A stretch of DNA of 36,463 nucleotides from a virus (taxonomy: Duplodnaviria; Caudoviricetes). Both the position numbers and the translations under genes were made by a program. Location of the stretch: positions 1-36,463 of the IMG/VR virus record IMGVR_UViG_3300012347_000602; one strand, written 5' to 3'. Within the stretch, counting starts at the first letter, position 1, and each line of letters starts with the position of its first letter. Below, piece after piece: positions 8,832 to 16,605 of this stretch. A model generated the notes under the pieces. The model did no database searches. It was not told where the DNA came from and saw only the letters and a program-made list of their open reading frames with translations.

Positions 8832-9239
8832 ATGGATACTCCCCGATCTCCAGCACTCGAATTCCTCGACTGGTTCCGAGAGCAGACGCGATCCATCCGG
8901 AGGCGAAGGCCAGGTCCGCATTTTCCGGCATGGCTCGCATCGCTAGAGCCGGATGTGCATGAGCGGGCGGCGGACGAACTCCTGTGGTGGCTGAGCTTCC
9001 AGGAATGGCGGCAGATGCCTCCGGACGCGGAGGAGATGGTGTATGTGCGCTTGAGCTTCGCGTGGTCGATCCTGCTTGAGCTGCTGGAAGAGGGGGTGCC
9101 AGCACCGGTGACACTGACGGAGCGGGTGACGGCGATTCATGCGATGGTGTTCGCCGTGTGGGAGCACCGATGTCTGGAGTTTTTGGATTCATACGGAAAA
9201 ACAGGTGCTAGGGATGAGATGGGGAATTCGATGAACTGA
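8832..9239 (+). CDS. hypothetical protein antisense to the early operon
   Basis: 135 aa with globular, Trp-rich composition; fits the gap between two - strand genes; the competing - strand ORF is low complexity. Confidence 0.5.
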   Translation: MDTPRSPALEFLDWFREQTRSIRRRRPGPHFPAWLASLEPDVHERAADELLWWLSFQEWRQMPPDAEEMVYVRLSFAWSILLELLEEGVPAPVTLTERVTAIHAMVFAVWEHRCLEFLDSYGKTGARDEMGNSMN

Positions 9240-9245
9240 CGGGTG

Positions 9246-10148
9246 TTATTTGAGCCTCGCGTTCACGCGGTCGCGGACGGTGGCGGCGAATTCCTTCAGC
9301 TCTAGCAGGCCGGGCTTGTCCAGATCCTCAAGGGAGCCCTGGCGCAGTAGTTTCTCGAACGCTTCACGCCAGAGGTGGAATGCCTCGCGGGCGTCTTCCA
9401 GGGCGAGTTGTTCGGGCGACATGGTGAACGGCACCGGATTGATGAGTGCGGGCTTCTCCGGCTTGGGGGCGGTTTTGAGGACGCTGGCGAGCGTGGGCAT
9501 GGGCAGACCGGCCTTCTGTGCCTGGTGGCGCAGGGTCTTCACCTTGGCCCGGATCTCGGCGGGCTTGGCGGTGAGGGGGAGGCCGAGCGAGCGGTAGGCG
9601 GTGGCGTAGCGGATGGCCGTGGGACGCTTGAGATCCGGCAGCGCATCGGCGAGCCAGGCGGAAAATCCGCGGATCGCGAGGATTTCGGGGGAGGTGGATT
9701 GTGCTTTGTCCACCGTGGACAAAGCAGACTTCGCTTCGCCGCCGAGGGATGCCCGCTCGCTGTTTGACAGCGTGAAAATCTCCTGTGCCCTGGCGAGTTG
9801 CTGCCCGGCGTCGAGGTAATGTTCCAGTGTGGTCTCGTGGCAGGCCTGCTCGTGCTTGTGGATGATTTCCCGGCTGCGGGAGATGGACTCGGCGAGGCCC
9901 GCCAGCTCGGCGGCGTCCACCTGGGAGGCGGTGACGATCTCGACATCGGAAGAGATGGGGGATCGGGGATTGGAGATTAGAGATTGGGAAGAGGAAGAGG
10001 CGGCTTTGAGCCAGGCGCTGATGGTGAGCGGGGAGAGTTTGAATCTTCTGGCGGCTTCGTTTTGCCCGCCTTTGCCATGGTCGGCATTGTAGGTGTTGAC
10101 GAAACTGACGACTTCGAACTTCTGGGCGGCGGTGTAGGGTTGGGACAT
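9246..10148 (-). CDS. HTH DNA-binding protein with a DUF3102-like central region
   Basis: YTAAQKFEVVSFV...GGQNEAARRFKLSPLTISAWLK; AGQQLARA...FSAWL...PTAIRY. Confidence 0.72.
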   Translation of the reverse strand: MSQPYTAAQKFEVVSFVNTYNADHGKGGQNEAARRFKLSPLTISAWLKAASSSSQSLISNPRSPISSDVEIVTASQVDAAELAGLAESISRSREIIHKHEQACHETTLEHYLDAGQQLARAQEIFTLSNSERASLGGEAKSALSTVDKAQSTSPEILAIRGFSAWLADALPDLKRPTAIRYATAYRSLGLPLTAKPAEIRAKVKTLRHQAQKAGLPMPTLASVLKTAPKPEKPALINPVPFTMSPEQLALEDAREAFHLWREAFEKLLRQGSLEDLDKPGLLELKEFAATVRDRVNARLK

Positions 10149-10154
10149 GGGTGG

Positions 10155-10382
10155 TTAGGCGGTTTGGATGAGGGTGTGGAGCTCGGCGAGGGTGATGTCC
10201 GGGCCCGGCAGCGGGTCGGTGAACTCGACATCGAAGAGGTCCTCGATCTCGGAGACGAGTTCGATAGAATCCAGGGAGTCGAGGCCGAGGGAGCGCAGGG
10301 AGTCGAAGGTGCCGATCTGGTCGGCGTCGATCACGGCGTAGTCCGCGATGAGGGAGCGGAGGTTGGTGAGGGTGGTGTCCAT
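10155..10382 (-). CDS. acyl carrier protein (phosphopantetheine-attachment domain)
   Basis: 75 aa, acidic; LGLDSLDSIELVSEIEDLFDVEF with Ser36, aligning by eye to AcpP [23 protein letters not shown]. Confidence 0.9.
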   Translation of the reverse strand: MDTTLTNLRSLIADYAVIDADQIGTFDSLRSLGLDSLDSIELVSEIEDLFDVEFTDPLPGPDITLAELHTLIQTA

Positions 10383-10393
10383 GGGAAGAGGAA

Positions 10394-10447
10394 GGAACAT
10401 CGAACATCGAACGCCCAACATCGAACGTCGAAGAAAGATGAAGTTAG
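10394..10447 (+). repeat. AACATCG heptamer element (type A), copy 1 of a 54-bp direct repeat
   Basis: 52/54 identical to 10895-10948. Confidence 0.95.
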
Positions 10448-10602
10448 AGGAAGAGGTGGTAGAAGAAGGTGATGAGACCGGCGCTGAGGGCGGTGCTGAG
10501 GGCGTAGGGCAGGAGGTTGATCCACGCGATGCGGCGGCGGTTGCGGCTGTAGGGGCCGTGAATGGAGAGGCCTAACGAGGTGCGGCGGTGAGTGGGATTC
10601 AT
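10444..10602 (-). CDS. 52-aa single-pass membrane protein
   Basis: Hand-translated MNPTHRRTSLG...RRRIAWINLLPYALSTALSAGLITFFYHLFL; sits exactly between two repeat elements. Confidence 0.55.
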   Translation of the reverse strand: MNPTHRRTSLGLSIHGPYSRNRRRIAWINLLPYALSTALSAGLITFFYHLFL

Positions 10603-10605
10603 TTG

Positions 10606-10642
10606 GATCTGAAATTTGAGATTTGAGATTTGAGATTGAAGA
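10606..10642 (+). repeat. ATTTGAG heptamer element (type B)
   Basis: gatctgaaatttgagatttgagatttgagattgaaga, near copy of 27902-27938. Confidence 0.9.
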
Positions 10643-10643
10643 G

Positions 10644-10877
10644 TCAGCCCGCGACGCAGAAGCCGAGGGATTTGCGGCGGGCGCTGGGGGTTTGCGCGGC
10701 GCGGCGGTGGAAACTGGCGCTGCGGTGCTCGCGGATGAGATCCACGGCATCGTGCCAGGTGGTGCAGGCGGGGGTGCCGATGGCGTCGGCGGCTTTGTCG
10801 AGCATCGCCGCCTCAAGGGCGTCGAGATCGGCGGAGGTGAGGAAGTGGGTGAGGAGATATGGGATGCGGGCGCTCAT
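10644..10877 (-). CDS. hypothetical protein
   Basis: 77 aa from ATG 10877 (MSARIPYLL...). Confidence 0.55.
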   Translation of the reverse strand: MSARIPYLLTHFLTSADLDALEAAMLDKAADAIGTPACTTWHDAVDLIREHRSASFHRRAAQTPSARRKSLGFCVAG

Positions 10878-10894
10878 GGGGTGTGGTTGGTTTG

Positions 10895-10967
10895 GGAACA
10901 TCGAACATCGAACGTCCAACATCGAACGTCGAAGGAAGATGAAGTTAGGAAGATGAAGTTAGGAAGG
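10895..10967 (+). repeat. type A heptamer element, copy 2, with duplicated tail
   Basis: Same 54-bp unit followed by a second gaagatgaagttag. Confidence 0.95.
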
Positions 10968-11282
10968 ATCGGAGTGGAGATTGAGGTGGGAGAGGAAGGT
11001 GCGGGCGAGGTCGCGGGCGCGGGGATCCGCCTTGAGGCGCTCGATGGCGCGGGCGGCGTCCTCGCCGATGCGGCGGGGATCGAGGCCGAGGTGCTGGCCT
11101 AGCTCGACATCGGTGATGGCACCGGGTGCCGCCGCCAGGCCAGCAGCTTGGAGAGTGTAAAGACGGACGAGCTTGCGACGGAAGGCGGGCGAGGCGTTGG
11201 GATGGCGGGCGCGGATGCGATCCGCGACCTCGCTGGCAACGCGGTCGGTGATTTGGTCGTCTGTCAGATCGTCGTCGGGCAT
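10959..11282 (-). CDS. sigma region 4-like HTH protein
   Basis: ITDVELGQHLGLDPRRIGEDAARAIERLK. Confidence 0.6.
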   Translation of the reverse strand: MPDDDLTDDQITDRVASEVADRIRARHPNASPAFRRKLVRLYTLQAAGLAAAPGAITDVELGQHLGLDPRRIGEDAARAIERLKADPRARDLARTFLSHLNLHSDPS

Positions 11283-11287
11283 GGGTG

Positions 11288-11452
11288 TTAGCGGGCGGTG
11301 AGGCGGAGGAGGCGGGCGTCCCTGGCGCAGGAGGCGGAGACCTCGCGGTAGTAGGCGGCCAGGCGGGCGCTGGTGGCGGCGCGGGCGCGGACGGCGTTGA
11401 GCCGGGCGCAGTCGAGCAGGGAGCGGATGGCGAGCTGGCAGGGAGTGGTCAT
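11288..11452 (-). CDS. 54-aa Arg/Ala-rich hypothetical protein
   Basis: Hand-translated MTTPCQLAIRSLLDCARL...; ATGA overlap with the MarR-like gene. Confidence 0.45.
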   Translation of the reverse strand: MTTPCQLAIRSLLDCARLNAVRARAATSARLAAYYREVSASCARDARLLRLTAR

Positions 11453-11751
11453 GCGGGGGCGAGTTCTGGGTTAAGGAAGCGCTCGCACTGGACGCGGCCG
11501 GTGAGGGTGATGGAGATGAGGATCTGGCGGCGGTCGCTGACGCCGTATTCCCGGCGGACGTAGCCGAGTTTTTCCAGGTCATCCACGATGCCGGTGATGC
11601 TGGCGGTGGAGACTCCGAGATAACCCGCGATGGAGGTCATGGGGCACTGGTGGCGGTCCATGAGGCGCAGCATGGTGCGGATCTTGTTGGACGAGGTGAG
11701 GCCGAGCGACTTGGCGGCGGCGAGGGTGGATTCGAGTTCGGTGGTTTTCAT
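11449..11751 (-). CDS. MarR-family winged-helix regulator
   Basis: MTSIAGYLGVSTASITGIVDDLEKLGYVRR...DRRQILISITLTG. Confidence 0.88.
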   Translation of the reverse strand: MKTTELESTLAAAKSLGLTSSNKIRTMLRLMDRHQCPMTSIAGYLGVSTASITGIVDDLEKLGYVRREYGVSDRRQILISITLTGRVQCERFLNPELAPA

Positions 11752-11779
11752 GGGGTGTTGGTGTTCGGGGTGTTGGTGG

Positions 11780-11968
11780 TTAGGCGGCGCGGCGGGTGAG
11801 GGTGATGCCGGCGAGTTCGATCTTGAGATCCGGGCGATGGGCGCGGATGGCTTGGGCGCGGCGGAGGTCCACGGCGCGGACGTGCGCTTCCATGGCGGTG
11901 TGGGCGGTGACCGTGCTGGTCTCCAGGAGGTGGTCGTCCACGAGGAGCTGGATGGTGTAGGTGTTCAT
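11780..11968 (-). CDS. hypothetical protein
   Basis: 62-aa ORF with an AC-rich leader. Confidence 0.55.
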   Translation of the reverse strand: MNTYTIQLLVDDHLLETSTVTAHTAMEAHVRAVDLRRAQAIRAHRPDLKIELAGITLTRRAA

Positions 11969-11990
11969 GGGGTGTTGACGGGGTGAGTGG

Positions 11991-12179
11991 TTAGACTGTG
12001 CGGCGAGTGAGGTAGGACTTGATAGCTTTCCGGATCAGCTTGGAGCGGTCCGTGTCGTCCCGCTGAACGGCCTCGTCGATCAGGGCGACGACGTCATCCG
12101 GGATCCATGCAGCAATGAAGGTGGACCCTTCTTTTTGGACAGCTCCTCGCGGTTGGCGCTTGTGTGGTTGGTTTGGCAT
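11991..12179 (-). CDS. ribbon-helix-helix (CopG-like) regulator, first early gene
   Basis: FIAAWIPDDVVALIDEAVQRDDTDRSKLIRKAIKSYL. Confidence 0.8.
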   Translation of the reverse strand: MPNQPHKRQPRGAVQKEGSTFIAAWIPDDVVALIDEAVQRDDTDRSKLIRKAIKSYLTRRTV

Positions 12180-12265
12180 CGGCGGCGAAAGGTGTTTAAT
12201 TGAGTTAAAGCGAGTTTACAACAATAAATTTGGCAATTCTCTGGATGGGTGTTAAAAATCAGCCG
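12180..12265. promoter_or_regulatory. divergent promoter/operator region (putative lysis-lysogeny switch)
   Basis: AT-rich gap between two RHH genes; G(T/A)GTT(T/A)A direct repeats near 12192, 12202, 12212 and 12249. Confidence 0.65.
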
Positions 12266-12526
12266 ATGCCTGACCAACGAGCACCCGGAAAATCCCTAGT
12301 GGGCTGTTACGTCGACGACGCCTTCGCCGCCGAGATCGACCGTGCCAGAGAGGGGAAAAGCCGTTCCGACTTTCTGCGGGAGGTGATTTTCGACTACCTG
12401 GAAGATCAGGGATTTGCCCTTAAAAAAGAGTGGAAGTTCGCTCCCGACCGGGCCGGGAAGGGCGGGCGGCCAAAGAAGGTCGCGCTTAAAGCCGTTGAAG
12501 GCACGAAAAAGCCGAGGATTGCGTAG
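12266..12526 (+). CDS. ribbon-helix-helix regulator, putative repressor
   Basis: LVGCYVDDAFAAEIDRAREGKSRSDFLREVIFDYL; alternative ATG at 12245. Confidence 0.75.
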   Translation: MPDQRAPGKSLVGCYVDDAFAAEIDRAREGKSRSDFLREVIFDYLEDQGFALKKEWKFAPDRAGKGGRPKKVALKAVEGTKKPRIA

Positions 12527-12605
12527 CCAACATTATCCGTGGTCCATGGTAACCGCTATCTGTTAGCTGTCACTCCCAATCTAATCATTGACGGAAAATT
12601 CACAG

Positions 12606-12971
12606 ATGAAGAGCCTGGCCGCCATCGCTCTATCCGCCCTGTCACTCGACGCGGCCGAGCATCCTGAGTTATGGTATCAACAGAGCGTTGCAAAAGCCCT
12701 GCAAGGCAAGATGGAAGCGCCGGTCGAGAACGGGCGCGTGGATGTGCTGACGGACACTTATGTCATCGAAGTCGAGTTTGCGGCGAAGTGGAAGCAAGCG
12801 CTGGGGCAGTCGCTGTGGTATGCGCTTCAGACCGGGAAGACGCCTGGCATCGTGCTGATCGTCGAGGATGAGAAGCGCGACCGGGGACAGGTAATCCGCC
12901 TAGGAGCGGTGATCGAGGCGAACAAGCTGCCGATCCGGGTGTGGGTGTGGTTGGACGACTTCAAAAATTGA
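12606..12971 (+). CDS. PD-(D/E)XK-fold protein with a signal-peptide-like N-terminus
   Basis: MKSLAAIALSALSLDA; GRVDVLT..YVIEVEF..KWKQALGQSLWYA. Confidence 0.7.
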   Translation: MKSLAAIALSALSLDAAEHPELWYQQSVAKALQGKMEAPVENGRVDVLTDTYVIEVEFAAKWKQALGQSLWYALQTGKTPGIVLIVEDEKRDRGQVIRLGAVIEANKLPIRVWVWLDDFKN

Positions 12972-12999
12972 TAGGCGGATCCCGGGCTATCAGCGGCCA

Positions 13000-13767
13000 C
13001 TACCGTTTCATCATCCCCGGCGGCAGTCCCTTGCCCGTCCAGGTGGATCCGGTGTCCGCTGGACGCGACTCATTCCCTGCCCCGGTTTCTCTGGATGCCT
13101 TAATCCTCGCTACCGTGGCGTTACTCAGCACGCGGAACCGATCATTCAAATCCTGCTCGCTCGTGGCCAGCTGAGCCGCCCGTTCTGCATCGAGCCTCAA
13201 GGCGTCCACCGCGTCATTGCCAATGCTGCTTCGCTTGCTCTCCAACGCGTTGATGATCTCCGCCTTCAGCGCATCGACTTTCTCATTCTTCGTCCGCACA
13301 CTTCCCGCCTTAGATGTCTCAATGGTCATGCCATCCTTCAGTTCCCCACGCCGGGCAGCTGCTTCCAGCATGGTCTTATCCTCCATAAAGCTCAGTTTCA
13401 CCGGAGCCGTGGAGAACACATGCAGACGGTGCCTGCCAGCCACGGACACCCGCATTTCGCCGGACAGTCCACAGCGGCCCGTGCTTTGAATCATCTTTCC
13501 TGTCGCCACATCGATGACGTGGATTCCAGCAAGATAGCTGTCCGCCTTCACCAGCGGCGCGGCATTCCCATAGAGCTTGTAGGTCTTGTCCACGTCCCAC
13601 TTCAGGACATAGGGAGTCCGCGCCAAGTATGCGTCCGACTTTTCCTGATCCGCCCCCAAGCGACCGATCCAGTGACTTTCATTGGTCGATTGAGCAAGGA
13701 GGGGAACCGCGCTGAAAAGAGTGGAGCCACAAAGAGCAGCAGTGATCCATGAAAGTCGAAATCTCAT
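13000..13767 (-). CDS. secreted hypothetical protein (moron-like)
   Basis: Signal peptide MRFRLSWITAALCGSTLFSAVPLLA-Q; own orientation. Confidence 0.7.
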   Translation of the reverse strand: MRFRLSWITAALCGSTLFSAVPLLAQSTNESHWIGRLGADQEKSDAYLARTPYVLKWDVDKTYKLYGNAAPLVKADSYLAGIHVIDVATGKMIQSTGRCGLSGEMRVSVAGRHRLHVFSTAPVKLSFMEDKTMLEAAARRGELKDGMTIETSKAGSVRTKNEKVDALKAEIINALESKRSSIGNDAVDALRLDAERAAQLATSEQDLNDRFRVLSNATVARIKASRETGAGNESRPADTGSTWTGKGLPPGMMKR

Positions 13768-13877
13768 CCCCTTTTCTCTCAGAAATCCACTTCCTTTACA
13801 ATCCGCAAGGCGTTACGCCATCACGTAGGTCCTGCCGACCTTCCGGATTTTCCGGGGCGCTGTGGTAGGATGCGGGC

Positions 13878-14216
13878 ATGAACGCTCCGGAATCCCCCGC
13901 TCCGCGCCAGATGCAGCTCTTCGTCTGGGAGTCCGACGTGACGCAGGCGGGTGACGGCCGCGTGGTGATCACGGCGAGGAAACCGCTGTCCCACATGAGC
14001 CGGAAGCAGGCCGCGAAGGTGCTGGGGTGCTCGGAACAGGTGATCACGGATCTATTCCGCAACCGGCAGTTAGAGGGTTACAAGCCGGGCGGGTGGCGCG
14101 TGCGCAAGGATGGGAAGGCTTCCAACGCGAAGCTAAGGCTGTGCAGTGAGAGCGTCTTGCGCTACAAGGCGGCGAGGGAGCGCGATGCGCGGGAATGGCG
14201 GGGTTTGCGGGGGTGA
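13878..14216 (+). CDS. excisionase/MerR-like HTH protein, putative late regulator
   Basis: MSRKQAAKVLGCSEQVITDLFRNRQLEGYK; first gene of the late arm. Confidence 0.72.
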   Translation: MNAPESPAPRQMQLFVWESDVTQAGDGRVVITARKPLSHMSRKQAAKVLGCSEQVITDLFRNRQLEGYKPGGWRVRKDGKASNAKLRLCSESVLRYKAARERDAREWRGLRG

Positions 14217-14360
14217 GGAGTCCGGCGGGGACAGGATGTCCCTGCCACTTTTCCCGCCTGCCAGGCGGTAAGATGTAATCGCTGCAAGGGGTGTGGCGGA
14301 GGGTTTGCGGGAGGCGTGCATGGTGGTTGCGAATCCAACGCAGGCCACCTGCAACGCACC

Positions 14361-14804
14361 ATGAAAACGCTCGCCACACTCATCCGCCACGCCGTGACCT
14401 ATCTGGTCGGAATCCTTCTCGCATGGTTCACCGTGCATCTGACCGCGCCGCAGGAATTGAAATCCGCGACGGAAGCGGCGAACGCGCTGGTCGAGCCGCT
14501 GGTGATCGTGGTCGGGTTTGTGGGAGTGATCCTGGCGAGGCTGGCGATGCCGCTTCTCAACAACATTTTCCGGCGGGGTGCCGGAGAGGTGAATGACAGT
14601 GATGCGGGGGCTTCCGGGGGGAAGTTCCCGCTCGCGCTGCTCCTGTGCGCGGCGGCGGGACTCATGGGGGTCCTGCCGTCGTGCGCTACCAGGGGCGACG
14701 GCGAGTATCCGGTAACTGCCTCGCTTTCCTGGCGGGATCCGAACACCGGCGCGAAGGCCGGACTGGTTTACACGCCGAAGGCGAAGCTCAAGGGCGGTAA
14801 GTGA
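14361..14804 (+). CDS. holin-like membrane protein with an internal lipobox
   Basis: Two TM segments, then FPLALLLCAAAGLMGVLPSC; precedes the endolysin. Confidence 0.6.
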   Translation: MKTLATLIRHAVTYLVGILLAWFTVHLTAPQELKSATEAANALVEPLVIVVGFVGVILARLAMPLLNNIFRRGAGEVNDSDAGASGGKFPLALLLCAAAGLMGVLPSCATRGDGEYPVTASLSWRDPNTGAKAGLVYTPKAKLKGGK

Positions 14805-14847
14805 ACATCGAACATCGAACGTCCAACATCGAACGCCGAAGGAAGAG
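14804..14847 (+). repeat. type A heptamer element overlapping the TGA stop
   Basis: aacatcg aacatcg aacgtcc aacatcg aacgccg aaggaagag. Confidence 0.92.
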
Positions 14848-15015
14848 AAATTTCAAGGGAAGCCGGGGCGAAGGATAGATCCGCAAGTGGCACACCAAGG
14901 CCTCTCCCGCTTTCCGCAATCCCCTAACCATTATAACACCGAACGAAGAAACACGCTGCATGCCCTCCGGCCAATCCGGGCCGGAGGGCGATGAAGGCGA
15001 AACCTCAACCAGCCA

Positions 15016-15699
15016 ATGAGCAAACCTAAGATCATGATCGACGCCGGGCACGGCGGGCACGACTCCGGCGCGGTGGGTCCTAACGGGCTGCGCGAAAGCG
15101 ATGTGGCGCTGGCGGTGGCCATGCTGCTGGGGGCGCAACTGGTGGGCGACTGCGAGGTGAACTACACGCGGCGGGATGACACGTTCATCGAGCTGCACCG
15201 CCGGGCGATGATGGCCAACGACTGGCAGGCGGATGCACTCCTCTCGATCCATTGCAACTCGGGGCCTCCAGGGCAAGGGACAGGGTTCGAGGTTTTCACG
15301 TCCATCGGCCAGACGCCATCCGACCGGTTTGCGACGGATTTGTTCGACGCGTTCGGCGCGGAGTTTCCGACGAAGGCGCGGCGGGTGGACATGCGCGACG
15401 GAGATCCGGACAAGGAGGCCGGGTTCGTGGTGATCCGGCTCACGCACATGCGGGCCGCGTTGTTCGAGCTGGAGTTCATCCACACCACGGCCGGGGAGAA
15501 CTGGCTGCGGAGTCCGGCGAACCAGGCGGCCTGTGCGCGGGCGCTGGCGGCGGGGGTGCGGAAGCACTTTGGATTGGCGAACATCGAACGTCCAACATCG
15601 AACATCGAACATCGAACGGAAGAGAAGGAGATCCCGCTCAAGACGTTGATCGCTGGCAAGATCTCGGAACTCCAAACCCTGGTGAGCAAGCTGCCATGA
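15016..15699 (+). CDS. endolysin, N-acetylmuramoyl-L-alanine amidase (Amidase_3)
   Basis: IMIDAGHGGHDSGA, E..VAL, LSIHCN, ALFELEF. Confidence 0.93.
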   Translation: MSKPKIMIDAGHGGHDSGAVGPNGLRESDVALAVAMLLGAQLVGDCEVNYTRRDDTFIELHRRAMMANDWQADALLSIHCNSGPPGQGTGFEVFTSIGQTPSDRFATDLFDAFGAEFPTKARRVDMRDGDPDKEAGFVVIRLTHMRAALFELEFIHTTAGENWLRSPANQAACARALAAGVRKHFGLANIERPTSNIEHRTEEKEIPLKTLIAGKISELQTLVSKLP

Positions 15700-15947
15700 C
15701 ACCTGAGGAACTCGTCGAGTGGCTCAAGCGCCAGCCCAAGACCGGTCTGGCAGTGGAGGCCTTGGATGACGCGCAGCTCTGCGCGGTGTCCGGACATCTC
15801 GGCCAGGACTACGACGAGAACGGCATCACCGGCGAGCTGCTGGGATGGTGCCTGTGGGAAAGCGCCGCGCGGTTCGCCCGGGTGATCGCCGAGAGGAAGC
15901 CCGGTCCTGAATTCCAAAACCCGAACCGGGACAGCCAAGAATCATGA
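15696..15947 (+). CDS. hypothetical protein
   Basis: 83 aa (MTPEELVEWL...); ATGA overlaps on both sides. Confidence 0.6.
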   Translation: MTPEELVEWLKRQPKTGLAVEALDDAQLCAVSGHLGQDYDENGITGELLGWCLWESAARFARVIAERKPGPEFQNPNRDSQES

Positions 15948-16372
15948 TACAGATACTAGCAGAAGCGGCGGCGGGGGCGGACCCGATGATTTCCGGTGAC
16001 TGGGTGCTCAAGCTGGTGGCGGCTTTCTTCACGGGAGTGGCCTTGTTGGCCGGGCGCTACTGGGGGAGAAAAGAAGCGTCTGGCATGCGGCTGGAAGATC
16101 CCGTGCCCGAGGTGCCGACGCGCAAGGTGAGCACGCCGCCGAGCTGGGACGCGCACCGCGCCCTGGCGGACCGGGTGACGCGGCAGGAACAAATCTCCAA
16201 CGAGCTGAGGACCGATCTGCAGGAAGTGCGGAAGGAGGCCGCGGAAAGCTACAAGGAGCTGATGAGCGCGGGCAACGAACGCGAGCGCTCGATCTCCGAC
16301 AAGCTCGACGGCATCGCCAGGAGCATCCACTCGCGCATCGACGAACTCATGAAAACCAAGCCCGCCCGATGA
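15944..16372 (+). CDS. membrane-anchored coiled-coil protein (Mu gp25-like position)
   Basis: N-terminal TM segment followed by coiled coil. Confidence 0.65.
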   Translation: MIQILAEAAAGADPMISGDWVLKLVAAFFTGVALLAGRYWGRKEASGMRLEDPVPEVPTRKVSTPPSWDAHRALADRVTRQEQISNELRTDLQEVRKEAAESYKELMSAGNERERSISDKLDGIARSIHSRIDELMKTKPAR

Positions 16373-16602
16373 ACCTGCAACGCACCATCCTGAGAAACCT
16401 CGACCAACGCGCCGGCGGCATGTGCCCCACGGGCACGCTGTGGAGCGACGTGATGCTGGACGAGACGGGCACGAGCTACTCCGAATTCAAGCGGGCTCTC
16501 ACGCAGCTGGAGGAAAAAGGACAGGTCGTCGTGGTGAATGGCGAGGACCGGAACAAGGCGAAGATCACCGACGCGGGCCGCGCCCGCTTGCTGGAACAAT
16601 GA
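16369..16602 (+). CDS. winged-helix protein (Mu gp26-like)
   Basis: EFKRALTQLEEKGQV...AKITDAGRARL; synteny before the terminase genes. Confidence 0.65.
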   Translation: MNLQRTILRNLDQRAGGMCPTGTLWSDVMLDETGTSYSEFKRALTQLEEKGQVVVVNGEDRNKAKITDAGRARLLEQ

Positions 16603-16605
16603 ACC

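Noticed and set aside
10394-10967. CRISPR array
   Set aside because: Repeats are internally heptameric, separated by whole genes rather than 30-40 bp spacers, and no cas genes are present
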